Origin: a virus
Taxonomy: Duplodnaviria > Caudoviricetes
Direction: 5' to 3' (one strand)
Length of the DNA stretch: 57,759 nt
Virus record (IMG/VR): IMGVR_UViG_3300001336_000008
Coordinates: 1 to 57,759 of that record
A program made the translations under genes and the position numbers. Position 1 is the stretch's first letter. Each line of letters starts with the position of its first letter. The notes beneath the pieces are model-generated. The model worked only from the letters and a program-made list of their open reading frames with translations. It was not told where the DNA came from and searched no databases. Positions 28,839-38,537 of this stretch are shown one piece after another.

Positions 28839-30377
28839 TTAATACTCAAGTACCAATGTGATTGTCTCTATTTGAGCGCTATCTCTATTAATCGGTGTCC
28901 TATTATTTATAAACAAAATATCACCGGAATATGGTTCAACTTCTGGTTCTTGAATTTCTATTATATTAGCAACTGCACCAGATGATGACCTAATTGGTTC
29001 GATAATAAATTCAATATTATTGGTTAAATTTGGATCCGTTATGTATCTAACTTTATTTCCATCAATAAAGTCAACTACAAATCCTTTTGCTCCACTTGAC
29101 TGACCATAAATAATATCATCGGGCAATATCGAACCAGCAACAGAATCAATGATTAGTGTTCTTTTTGCATTACGAGTTAATTCAGTTGCAGGAGTTGTTG
29201 TTCTAAAATCGTATGGATTTTCAATTAATCCGATTCTTCTAAAATCATTTTCAACAGTAAAATCATTAGCACCTTCAGCATATGCAAAGTTCATGTTTAA
29301 CAATGAATAATTTGCAAAAAGTTCTTTTTCTGGTTTAGCACCATGTCCGTCAAATGGAGATATTACTGGTCTTACCTCAGCCTCAGTTACTGACGGAGCA
29401 ATAACTATTGCTTTAGCTTTTCTAAATCCACCTTCTGAGGCGCCAGGAACTATATCAACAAATTCAACACTTCCTTGTGAGTTTGTAGTTGCAATTGCTT
29501 CTACACTTGATCTAACAATACTTGCTTCTCCATCACTATAACCGTTTCCGTTAATAACTAAATTAACAAACGTAATTTCTTGATCTGCATTTACAACCGC
29601 AATACCATATGCTGCTTCAACTGCACCAAAATCATTTACTTGTCTTATAAGAACTGGCACTCCGTCATCAGGAGTACTTTGATAACCAGATCCGCCATCA
29701 GTTATAACAATATTTTGAATTAAACCACCATTTGTAATGATATTGCATTTTGCACTATCATTTTCGGTTCCGTCACCGTAAATATACGTAGGTATTTTTG
29801 TACTTGGTGCATATCCGGATCCGCCATCAATAACTTTAATATTTTCAATAGCACCTACAGTTGCATTATCTACTATTGTTTCATCTGAAGAAATTGGTAA
29901 AAAATCTCCGACAGCAAACTTTCTCATTAATGAATCAGAGATTTGAAACATAAACTTCCATCTGTAGCCGTCTGGATAGTCTTTTATGTCTGAAAAAGTA
30001 TGCGTAGGCTTGTTTACTGATTGCCCATTCCTATTATTATAAATGCACTTGTATACTTTATTTTCATCTGTAACAGCATAAAAGTTTTTATCTTCAAGAT
30101 TAACTCCATCGTCATACTCATAGTATACAGTTCCAGATGTCCAATCTATTTTTTTAAAACCTAGTCGAACATCATTTCCAGTAACCCGCTTCATTGCAGT
30201 CATATCATACCAAACATCATATTCAGTTTTTAAATCATTTACAGGATCGGGAGGAATTGCGTCTGATTCCCAACTTTGTGGGCGTCCTATATAAACATAC
30301 ATACTTGTTAATTCTGAAGTAATTGAATTAACAAACTGTAATGCATTTCTATAAGGCATTTTATTTAATACTGTCAT
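28839..30377 (-). CDS. gp8: Baseplate wedge subunit gp8
   Basis: YVYIGRPQSW, VYKCIYN, DGYRWKFMF, NDFRRIGLIENP and YSGDILFINNR..I.R...Q.E motifs; synteny. Confidence 0.85.
   Translation of the reverse strand: MTVLNKMPYRNALQFVNSITSELTSMYVYIGRPQSWESDAIPPDPVNDLKTEYDVWYDMTAMKRVTGNDVRLGFKKIDWTSGTVYYEYDDGVNLEDKNFYAVTDENKVYKCIYNNRNGQSVNKPTHTFSDIKDYPDGYRWKFMFQISDSLMRKFAVGDFLPISSDETIVDNATVGAIENIKVIDGGSGYAPSTKIPTYIYGDGTENDSAKCNIITNGGLIQNIVITDGGSGYQSTPDDGVPVLIRQVNDFGAVEAAYGIAVVNADQEITFVNLVINGNGYSDGEASIVRSSVEAIATTNSQGSVEFVDIVPGASEGGFRKAKAIVIAPSVTEAEVRPVISPFDGHGAKPEKELFANYSLLNMNFAYAEGANDFTVENDFRRIGLIENPYDFRTTTPATELTRNAKRTLIIDSVAGSILPDDIIYGQSSGAKGFVVDFIDGNKVRYITDPNLTNNIEFIIEPIRSSSGAVANIIEIQEPEVEPYSGDILFINNRTPINRDSAQIETITLVLEY
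28904..28911 (-). promoter_or_regulatory. T4-type late promoter
   Basis: TATAAATA in the 3' end of gp8, upstream of the DUF4815 gene. Confidence 0.55.
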
Positions 30378-30385
30378 CCTGTCCT

Positions 30386-32065
30386 CTAGATATTTGTAGT
30401 TACTATTGCATCATTTAAAACATTTGAGCTTGATGCATTAATCGTGTTTGAATCTGAAAACGCTGTATCGCCGACATAACTTTCTGCAAAGTATATATCT
30501 GTCCCGTAATCAAAGCTTTCTGAATCATTGTTGTTTGTTACATAATCCTGAACCAATCCATCAACAGTATCAGTAATTCCAGCATTTTCAAGCAATTGAT
30601 AATTTGCTGGTTGTTTTGCTTTTACAAATATTCTGCTATCAGTAATACCTACAAAGTTTTCATCATATACTGTAATATTACCAAAAACCTCTACACCAGA
30701 AGGATGTATTGTTTTCTTAAGTGTTTCAAGCCATATGTCTGTGGAATGAGTGGTTTTGATTTCGTATGAAAACTTTTGATAATATTTTGAATCTTGTAAA
30801 ACAATAGACTCTGAAAGTTGTCCTTTGATTCCTTCATAATATCCACTATAAGAAGATATTGCACCAAATTCAATTTCAAACTCTGCACCCGAACCAGTAT
30901 CACTATTTACACTAATAGGTAAAACGGTTGGGCCAAGTACACCAGAATAATCTTTTTGAGTTATTCCTCCACCAACGGATCCTTGAGTGTTGAACGCAGT
31001 TGTACCAGAATAATCTTCCGCAAAATATAAATCCTGTGTTTCAACATAGTCATGATCAAGCGATCCAACGATTCCATCTAACAAGCTAAGCGGTTCAGTA
31101 AACCTAAAGTATGTTAAGTAATCCTTTCTGGAATTAATATAAAAATCACTGATTCCATTTGCTTCAAGTTCATCAATGATTGATATACTATTTTCGTAAA
31201 CTAAAAAATCTTTATAATAAAATACTGGAGGAGATTCAGAGTCAAGCTTATAAGAAGGCGTGTTACCAGCACCAAAGTTAACTATGTCAACACTAAGAAT
31301 TCCACCATTTTCGTCAACAGATCCAACATATGCAACAAATGTGATTCCATCATAACCTTGTATTTGTATTTTATTACCTACTTTATAACCAGAACCTTTT
31401 TTTAATATTTTTAAATCAGTTACCGACTTATAAACTTCGGCTACAAGGGATTCATTTTCTACTGCATATATATTTTGTTGCGTAATAAATTTTGATACAA
31501 TCGTAGGACCCAAAAGATATAATTCAAAAATGTCACCGTCTTTATATCGAGCCTTTTCAACTTTACTTACTGATGCAATACCATCAGATCCAATCTGTCT
31601 AATCGTTTTGCCAACAAAGTCATTAGGATCACCAGATATCATTGAAACACGAAGAACTTGATCTAGTTTCCAACGACCATCAGATGGAATCAGTACTGAT
31701 TCCCATGGATAATAAACAGTTATTTCATCATCAAGAAATAATCGAAAAAACGTTTTTATTGATTCTTCAGAACCCTTTGAAGTCCAAAGACTCGATAAGT
31801 GATCATAAAATACTTTAGGATCGGCAGCAAAACTTTTTCGAGATAAAAGACCTAACTCTCTTTGAATTAAGCTTAAAAATTCTTCTTTTTGTTCTCTTAT
31901 ATCTCGTTGTTTATATAGTGTGTTTTGATAATATGATGCTTTATTTTCTTCATCTAAATATTTAAAAAATGCTTCTGCGAACTCAACAAGATTTGGATAC
32001 TTAGCCTGAATGTGATCAGGAAGTATTGCTTTTATAAGAGACTTAATGTTAGGTGATTTATTCAT
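30386..32065 (-). CDS. gp7: Baseplate wedge initiator gp7-like
   Basis: SKGSEESIKTFFRLF, PSDGRW and LQDSKYYQKFSYEI...HPSG..VFG motifs; lies between gp6 and gp8. Confidence 0.75.
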   Translation of the reverse strand: MNKSPNIKSLIKAILPDHIQAKYPNLVEFAEAFFKYLDEENKASYYQNTLYKQRDIREQKEEFLSLIQRELGLLSRKSFAADPKVFYDHLSSLWTSKGSEESIKTFFRLFLDDEITVYYPWESVLIPSDGRWKLDQVLRVSMISGDPNDFVGKTIRQIGSDGIASVSKVEKARYKDGDIFELYLLGPTIVSKFITQQNIYAVENESLVAEVYKSVTDLKILKKGSGYKVGNKIQIQGYDGITFVAYVGSVDENGGILSVDIVNFGAGNTPSYKLDSESPPVFYYKDFLVYENSISIIDELEANGISDFYINSRKDYLTYFRFTEPLSLLDGIVGSLDHDYVETQDLYFAEDYSGTTAFNTQGSVGGGITQKDYSGVLGPTVLPISVNSDTGSGAEFEIEFGAISSYSGYYEGIKGQLSESIVLQDSKYYQKFSYEIKTTHSTDIWLETLKKTIHPSGVEVFGNITVYDENFVGITDSRIFVKAKQPANYQLLENAGITDTVDGLVQDYVTNNNDSESFDYGTDIYFAESYVGDTAFSDSNTINASSSNVLNDAIVTTNI

Positions 32066-32067
32066 TC

Positions 32068-33882
32068 TTATGTGCTATGTCTTGGTACTAAACGATAATT
32101 TCCAATTCCAGCTGTAGAGCCTACATTAATATTATCAATATCACCTTGCAAAAATATATCATTAGAATCAATAGTCACTAAATTATTTCTTTGAGGAACA
32201 ACATCACTAGAGTCAGCAAGAACGGTCAATTCAATGTATGAACCAATAAATGCTTCAGGATTAAATCCTTGCTCAATTACAATTTTACCATTAGGTGCAT
32301 CAATATAACCAATGTCTCTTTCTATAACAACTTGATTAACTCCACCTCCTCTCACAATTCTAAGTCTTCTTTCATTATTTAAATTAATATAATCTTGAAA
32401 TGAGCATTGCTCTCCATTGTATGTAAATAAGGTAGACTTATATATTACGCGTTCTTTAGTTTGTGATGTGTATATTGGACTTGAAAACTTCAGTTCATAT
32501 TCTGTTGTAACCGATCCTATAGTTGGCACAAACCGTTTTTTCATATAAACTCGTGCAACCGAATTGACAATAGATTCCTCTGCATTATCAATTGCATTCA
32601 AGAGTGATGAATATCTTAAAATGCCAGTTTCTTTTTGTAGTGAAGCTTGATTATATGATACAATTGAATTTTTTACAACATTTGATAATTGTGGTTCTGA
32701 TAATGAAGTTTTTGATGGGTCATACTTATAAAATACTTCAAGAGAAACATAAGTATATTCAGGATCAACAAACTCTGGTGTAATAGATGCAATTGCTTTG
32801 GGTTTTAATACGCTATTGACAATAAAATCTTTTTGTCCATTTGAAAGTGTTTCTGCATCAGATGGCTTAATTGAAATAAAAACTTTTCCATATGCTGGAG
32901 GATCATTATCTTGACCTCCCCAAACTGATATTGAATCTACATTAGGAAAGCTGTTTAAAATAATTGCTTTATAGTCATCTGGCGTTACTGCTCTATTTTG
33001 TGCCGCGTATGAAAGCGGTGCTCGATATTTAATGGACGCAATTGACTCTTTTGCTGAACCGCCAGTTGCAGAATTAATTGTCACTACAGTGATATTTGAT
33101 ATACCATTAATTGGTGTAATCGTTGAAAACGCTCTTGCATTATTTGCATCAGAGCCGGCTGTAGCTAAATATTCTATTACGATATCATCACCATCCGTTG
33201 GTACTGAACCAATCACGCCATCGCCAAATGTGATTTCATATCGTCCATCAAAAGATTCATTTAAAAAATATACATTTGATTCACCAGTAACATTAATAAC
33301 ACTTTTTGCTAGTGTGTATGCAACACCGTCAACAGTAACAGTTAATGTTGAAGTGTCGACGTTGGTATCGGGTATAATAAATTTTTCAGACGTATTAACA
33401 TCAAAAATATATGACACCTGTCTAAAAGATCCTTGCGTAATATTCACATTACTAAAAATACCAGTAGTGCTTTGATATGACTGTGTCGTAAGAAAGGTAT
33501 ACGTTTCACCATCAATTACAGATGTAAACTTATGATTTTTATTGAGCGTGTACGTAACTCCGCCAGCAACACTATTTAAGTAAACATCAACAGTTGCTTG
33601 CGCGCCTCTTGCAGATAATGGTGTATAGCCGAGTTGACGAGCATGACCGACAACGGATCCACGGTACTGAGCTGTTTCCAAAAACGTTTCATTGATACCA
33701 ATATTTGCATTGACTGCATTATAATGAGTCACATATGCCATAACATCAAGTAAGGTGTTAAGTGCCGAACCTTCAAAATTATAATCTTGAAGCGTATCCT
33801 GAGTCTTAAGAAACGTTTTTAAGTTATTTTTAATTTGATTAAAGTCTAACTCAGATACTTTTAGTCTTTTATTTGTTGCCAT
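32068..33882 (-). CDS. gp6: Baseplate wedge subunit gp6
   Basis: ELDFNQIKNNLK, DYNFEGSAL..LLDV, AQNRAVTPDDY and WGGQDNDPPAYGKVFISIKP motifs. Confidence 0.92.
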   Translation of the reverse strand: MATNKRLKVSELDFNQIKNNLKTFLKTQDTLQDYNFEGSALNTLLDVMAYVTHYNAVNANIGINETFLETAQYRGSVVGHARQLGYTPLSARGAQATVDVYLNSVAGGVTYTLNKNHKFTSVIDGETYTFLTTQSYQSTTGIFSNVNITQGSFRQVSYIFDVNTSEKFIIPDTNVDTSTLTVTVDGVAYTLAKSVINVTGESNVYFLNESFDGRYEITFGDGVIGSVPTDGDDIVIEYLATAGSDANNARAFSTITPINGISNITVVTINSATGGSAKESIASIKYRAPLSYAAQNRAVTPDDYKAIILNSFPNVDSISVWGGQDNDPPAYGKVFISIKPSDAETLSNGQKDFIVNSVLKPKAIASITPEFVDPEYTYVSLEVFYKYDPSKTSLSEPQLSNVVKNSIVSYNQASLQKETGILRYSSLLNAIDNAEESIVNSVARVYMKKRFVPTIGSVTTEYELKFSSPIYTSQTKERVIYKSTLFTYNGEQCSFQDYINLNNERRLRIVRGGGVNQVVIERDIGYIDAPNGKIVIEQGFNPEAFIGSYIELTVLADSSDVVPQRNNLVTIDSNDIFLQGDIDNINVGSTAGIGNYRLVPRHST

Positions 33883-34292
33883 TATCGCAATCTCTCGACG
33901 GTAAATTGTAGTGTGGCTGTCTCTGCGCTTGGAGACTTGATTGTAAATTCTAATGTAATATCAACAGCATTTAAATCTGCTGTACCAGTAACACTAATGT
34001 TATCTATAGTTATTCTAGGTTCATAATTTGATAATGAAAATATAATATCTTCTTCGATTAATGCTGCTGTAACATCATCAAAGTTTTCAAATAGATATGC
34101 TCTTATTCCCGAACCAAAGGCAGGCTCAAATGGTTTTTCTCCACGGTTAGTCAGTAAGATATTAAGCACTGATTGTTTTACAGCCTCAACATCCTTTTTT
34201 ATGCTGACATCACCTGTCACTGGATTTGCTCTAAAAGTCAAATCAAAATCTGAATAAACTCTGTCACTAGCTCGAATAGTTAAATTTGCCAT
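33882..34292 (-). CDS. gp25: Baseplate wedge subunit gp25
   Basis: YSDFDLTF, AVKQSVLNILLT..GEKPF.P.FGS and YEPRI motifs. Confidence 0.92.
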   Translation of the reverse strand: MANLTIRASDRVYSDFDLTFRANPVTGDVSIKKDVEAVKQSVLNILLTNRGEKPFEPAFGSGIRAYLFENFDDVTAALIEEDIIFSLSNYEPRITIDNISVTGTADLNAVDITLEFTIKSPSAETATLQFTVERLR

Positions 34293-34297
34293 ATGTT

Positions 34298-34305
34298 TAT
34301 TTATA
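34298..34305 (-). promoter_or_regulatory. T4-type late promoter
   Basis: TATAAATA just upstream of the gp25 ATG. Confidence 0.7.
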
Positions 34306-34312
34306 ACCTTTA

Positions 34313-34624
34313 TTAATCACCAATAAAAACATTAGAGCTTCCAGAAGTAATTATATTATTTCCGTACAAGTCACCGATCCGAGCAGCACCTAGACCGCCT
34401 ATTCGTACCGTTGATGAATATGATGTTAACGTTGATTGATCTGGGCCACAACCTGAAACCTCATGCTGAGGTACAGGGTTTCCTTGAACTACAATTTTTT
34501 TATCTTCACAAAACACTTCTGAAGAATTTCCTTCAGAAATAGGAAGCTGTTTTGGAAATGCACAATCTTTACCAGATCCATCTGGAGATAATACAGTATC
34601 CCCTACTCTTGCAGCTGCTGGCAT
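34313..34624 (-). CDS. PAAR spike-tip protein (gp5.4-like)
   Basis: MPAAARVGD...AARIGD...GSSNVF; start at 34624 overlaps the upstream stop (TAATG). Confidence 0.85.
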   Translation of the reverse strand: MPAAARVGDTVLSPDGSGKDCAFPKQLPISEGNSSEVFCEDKKIVVQGNPVPQHEVSGCGPDQSTLTSYSSTVRIGGLGAARIGDLYGNNIITSGSSNVFIGD

Positions 34625-35187
34625 TATCGTAATCCTTTTGAAACTAATGTTTGAATATTGTTTACTGCGCTTTGAAACCGCCACACAATAATATGATTAA
34701 CATTTACATTAAGCCCTCCATTGACCAAAAAATCATACACTAGTTCAACCGAGTTGTTAGCTGGTTTTTGATACTTGATTAATGAAAAAAACTCTTCCTC
34801 AGTATCAGGAGGTAATACCGGAGTACTTAAATCGGGCAAAACAAACTGATAAAACTGATCAGGGAAAGTATTTTGTATCGGACCTTCTAATCTAACCGTA
34901 TAGTCGTTTATCAGTGAATATGTGATATTGTACTGATCAAAATTAAAGTCGCTTTCTACCGAAGTAGCTGGGAATGTTTGAACTTCTGTATTCCCATCTT
35001 CGTTTTGCGATTCGGTGGTTTCTTCGATCAAGAACTCAAACTCAACATAAAAGTTAACTGACTCATATGCAGTCGGAAGATACAGCGCATCTTCATCTGA
35101 ATTTTCAGGATCGGGGATTGGCGGAGAACCACCCCCTGCTGTATCAGTAATATTGATAATAACTCTTGAGGTTGTAGTTGTCGACAT
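34624..35187 (-). CDS. Hypothetical baseplate-region protein (gp5.1-like position)
   Basis: 187 aa, acidic, coupled between the hydrolase and PAAR genes. Confidence 0.55.
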   Translation of the reverse strand: MSTTTTSRVIINITDTAGGGSPPIPDPENSDEDALYLPTAYESVNFYVEFEFLIEETTESQNEDGNTEVQTFPATSVESDFNFDQYNITYSLINDYTVRLEGPIQNTFPDQFYQFVLPDLSTPVLPPDTEEEFFSLIKYQKPANNSVELVYDFLVNGGLNVNVNHIIVWRFQSAVNNIQTLVSKGLR

Positions 35188-35189
35188 AA

Positions 35190-37211
35190 TTATGTAATAT
35201 TCCTAAATGCATCGGCACCAGCTATATTACCAACTTCTTCACCAATAGATTCTGCCTCTGCAGGACTCTTACCTTCAGCAAGAGCTTGACTAATTGCCGT
35301 ATTTCTAGCTTCTCTTTGGATAGATGATATGTCATATGTAACAACTCTTTGCCCTGTCGTTGGTTCTGGCGCAGATGCAAATGAAGTATTTGCGCCTCCA
35401 ATATAATCATTAAATGCAATCTTTCCAGTTCTAAGATCTTCTGGAACTTCAGAACCAAGTGAAGATAAGTAAAAGTGAGACAATTCAGCAGTCCTATCAT
35501 TTGAAAGACCTTGACTTGACATTGCAGATCGTAACTCAGTTAAATAAACAGACGAATTAACTTCTGGAGGAATTGACTTAGAATTTTCATATACTATAAT
35601 ATCTGCAGCTGCTCCAAAGTTATGCCAAGAATCGCCTGCAGGCAAACTATCATAACCATTTTGTTCAAGCTTTGCTAAAAATGTTTTAGCAATTTGTGCA
35701 CGTTTATCTGTTTCGCTTTGACCGCCAGCATAACCTACTGCACTCCCTACAGAATTAATATCTCTTAAATTGGTGCCACTACTTTGTTTTGATAAAAAGT
35801 ATTCTACAGCAATTTTTGATGCAATAGCTGGATCATTTGCAAGATCAGGATTTGCTACTAGATCAACACCAATTTTTTTACCGTATAATCCGTAATTATA
35901 TTTTCCAGTCAACTGAATGAGACCACGGCCGCGATACTTAAATCCTTCATTAGGCCCATTACCAAGTCTTCCACCATAAAGAAGATTGCCAATTGCTTCT
36001 GGACCGCGTGCTTTAAGAGCTTGAGCTTCTCCGATTGAATTGAATCGAACTTTATTGCGGGTTTGTTCCGCGCCATAAAAATTATATAATGTTTGTGCGG
36101 AATATCCACCAAGATTTTCTGACCTTGGTCTAAATCCAGATTCAGCTTGTATTTGAGCTAAGATATTTGATATTGCAGTGGGATCGTTAATTCCCTTTTC
36201 TTGTAATGCCTTTACTGCAGAAATTTGAATTGGTGTCAAACCTCCAGTTATATTTGGTGATCCATATGGCGATCTATATGCTTCAGAAATGTTAACATCA
36301 AAGTCAGGATTATTTGTCAAAAATGTTTTAATTCCTTCTGCATAATTTTTTCTAACTGATGGATGAAGAGAATTAATTTTTGATGCAATATTTTTAGCAT
36401 TCTTAGATCCAGTAAAATCAGATGCAACAAATTGCTCTCCTTCAGGATATGGATTTGATATTGAAGGAATGTTTGGCGGTGTTGATTTGTTTATACTTGA
36501 AGTAACTGCAGAATTACTTTGTGCATGAGCAATTGCTGCTTTATGTGCAGAACCGGGTGCCAATGAATATGCTTGGTCAATTGGAACTCTACCAGAAATA
36601 ATTATATCATTCATAACGTCTGGCGTTGGATATTTTGGAATTGTCCTAACAGTTTGCTCAGGTTCTTCATCAAGACTTTTTTCCGATCTGGTCGAAGGAT
36701 TATCAAAAATCCTTTCGTACTCTTTAACAATTGTTTCTTTAATATTTTCAATTTCTTTTCCAGGATCTGCTTGAAGCGCTTTTTTTGGAAACTCAACAAA
36801 GGTTTCACCAATTTGAACTAAGTTTGGTATGTCATTGCAGACATCAAGTGGTGTGTTGAGCGGATCGTCAATAAATCGTTCTAAATTATCAAGTATTCTT
36901 TCAACAGCAGGACCCGCTTCTTGATATTTTGCTCTAAGCTCTAATAAATCTGAAATTGCACCTTCAGAATCTTCAAGTGCAACTTTTGAAAGTATATTAA
37001 AAACTTCTTGTTGAAGTAAAGATACAATCTTTTCAGGAAAGTCTTCTATAGTATCAATAAAGTTTTCAATTTGTGTTATAGTAGCCTCAACACTGTTAAT
37101 AAAGTTTTTACCTTTAGCAACATATTCATTTATTTCTGTTTGAAAATCTTTTAGTCGAGTAAATACGCCGCTTTCACCACAAAGAGCTTGAGTTATAACA
37201 TTGTCTGCCAT
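35190..37211 (-). CDS. Tail-associated peptidoglycan hydrolase: M15-type peptidase split by a GH19 domain
   Basis: GH19 motifs: LAQIQAESG, ENL and YRGRGLIQLTGKYNY. M15 motifs: LHPSVR...EAYRS before the GH19 domain, SWHNFGAAAD and ELSH after it. Confidence 0.8.
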   Translation of the reverse strand: MADNVITQALCGESGVFTRLKDFQTEINEYVAKGKNFINSVEATITQIENFIDTIEDFPEKIVSLLQQEVFNILSKVALEDSEGAISDLLELRAKYQEAGPAVERILDNLERFIDDPLNTPLDVCNDIPNLVQIGETFVEFPKKALQADPGKEIENIKETIVKEYERIFDNPSTRSEKSLDEEPEQTVRTIPKYPTPDVMNDIIISGRVPIDQAYSLAPGSAHKAAIAHAQSNSAVTSSINKSTPPNIPSISNPYPEGEQFVASDFTGSKNAKNIASKINSLHPSVRKNYAEGIKTFLTNNPDFDVNISEAYRSPYGSPNITGGLTPIQISAVKALQEKGINDPTAISNILAQIQAESGFRPRSENLGGYSAQTLYNFYGAEQTRNKVRFNSIGEAQALKARGPEAIGNLLYGGRLGNGPNEGFKYRGRGLIQLTGKYNYGLYGKKIGVDLVANPDLANDPAIASKIAVEYFLSKQSSGTNLRDINSVGSAVGYAGGQSETDKRAQIAKTFLAKLEQNGYDSLPAGDSWHNFGAAADIIVYENSKSIPPEVNSSVYLTELRSAMSSQGLSNDRTAELSHFYLSSLGSEVPEDLRTGKIAFNDYIGGANTSFASAPEPTTGQRVVTYDISSIQREARNTAISQALAEGKSPAEAESIGEEVGNIAGADAFRNIT

Positions 37212-37226
37212 CTTAATTAAGCCTTA

Positions 37227-38537
37227 TTAATTTAAGTCAATCGTTGAGCCGTCGATATCTACTGGTCCTGTAGCATTAAGAGTTAAGCTTCCATCTAATG
37301 TGGAGGTTGAATTAACTGCAGTCAATTCGTAATCTGTTCCAACTTCAACTTTTATATTAGTACCAGTAATAATATCCATATTGATGTCCGTATCAATTAT
37401 AATTTTACCAACAGTTTCTATAGTATGTGTACCCTTTGTTGTGTTTACACTATTTCCTAAACACATAGATCCATAATTGCTTCGATTTAATTTATTTTCA
37501 TCTCCACCAATTGAAGAAGACAAAGCTCCTCTAATTTCTAATACTGAATCTGCAGCTACTGATTTGTATTCTTCATTTCCTATAATTAAAGATCGTCTTC
37601 CTCCACACTTAACGTAGTGATCAATGCCAACATTTTCCGAAACATCTTGCCCTACTTCTCTTACATCATTAAAAACAATTTTTGATTCTCTTGATCCACC
37701 AATCATTTGATAATAGTTTCCACCCACCTCAAGCGTGTAATCGCCCTTGACCAACTGATTTAGAGATCCATCAACAGTCATATTCACATCACCCTTGACA
37801 TACATATTTTTTGCACCTAGGATAATTTCATATCCATCGCCTACGATTTTGATAGTTCGAGTACCGTCAACTACAACTTCATCATATGTACCAGATGGAT
37901 GCATGCGAGTAACACGCTGATTGCCAGGGGTGGAATCAAACTCCTCGAGCATACCACCTTCAAACTCATGAACATTGTTGTATGGATATTCAGATTGTTG
38001 ACCTCCACGCAACTCGGGCTCTACCCATTCGCTTCTTTCATACGCCGTTTCAACTGCGTCAACAGCAACAGTCGAAACTTTATATCGTTTTGCTTTGGGA
38101 ACCTTTGGAACCTTTGTCCTTGCTCGTTCCGTATACACAGGATGTTCAGTATATGTGTCAGGTTTACCAGCTAAGGTTGTATCCGCCGTTCCGTCTGACC
38201 ACTTAGGATATACACCAAAGGGATCTGAAAATCCTTTTGTATAATCTGGTGCCTGTGAGCCAACCGTTGATGGCAATGCACCAATAACAATTGGATCTTG
38301 TTTATTTGAATCAATGTACATAACAAGAACCCACGTACCCTCTACTAACTGAGAAATGCCACCCGCCGTAGAAGATGCATTTGCAGGTTGCATGACCATT
38401 GACCATGGCAATGATTCAATAGTAACTTCATTAACACGGTCATCAGAGTGTAGGCCAAAAACTCGTACGCGCACTCTTCCCATTGCTTTAGGATCATGAC
38501 GATCCTCAACTACACCAATATGAAAATTATTATCCAT
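37227..38537 (-). CDS. gp5: Baseplate central spike gp5 (no internal lysozyme domain)
   Basis: GVVEDRHDP..MGRVRVRVFGLH OB-fold, YPYNNV...EFDSTPGNQR...HPSGTY, beta-helix C-terminus. Likely start MDNN at 38537. Confidence 0.9.
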   Translation of the reverse strand: MDNNFHIGVVEDRHDPKAMGRVRVRVFGLHSDDRVNEVTIESLPWSMVMQPANASSTAGGISQLVEGTWVLVMYIDSNKQDPIVIGALPSTVGSQAPDYTKGFSDPFGVYPKWSDGTADTTLAGKPDTYTEHPVYTERARTKVPKVPKAKRYKVSTVAVDAVETAYERSEWVEPELRGGQQSEYPYNNVHEFEGGMLEEFDSTPGNQRVTRMHPSGTYDEVVVDGTRTIKIVGDGYEIILGAKNMYVKGDVNMTVDGSLNQLVKGDYTLEVGGNYYQMIGGSRESKIVFNDVREVGQDVSENVGIDHYVKCGGRRSLIIGNEEYKSVAADSVLEIRGALSSSIGGDENKLNRSNYGSMCLGNSVNTTKGTHTIETVGKIIIDTDINMDIITGTNIKVEVGTDYELTAVNSTSTLDGSLTLNATGPVDIDGSTIDLN

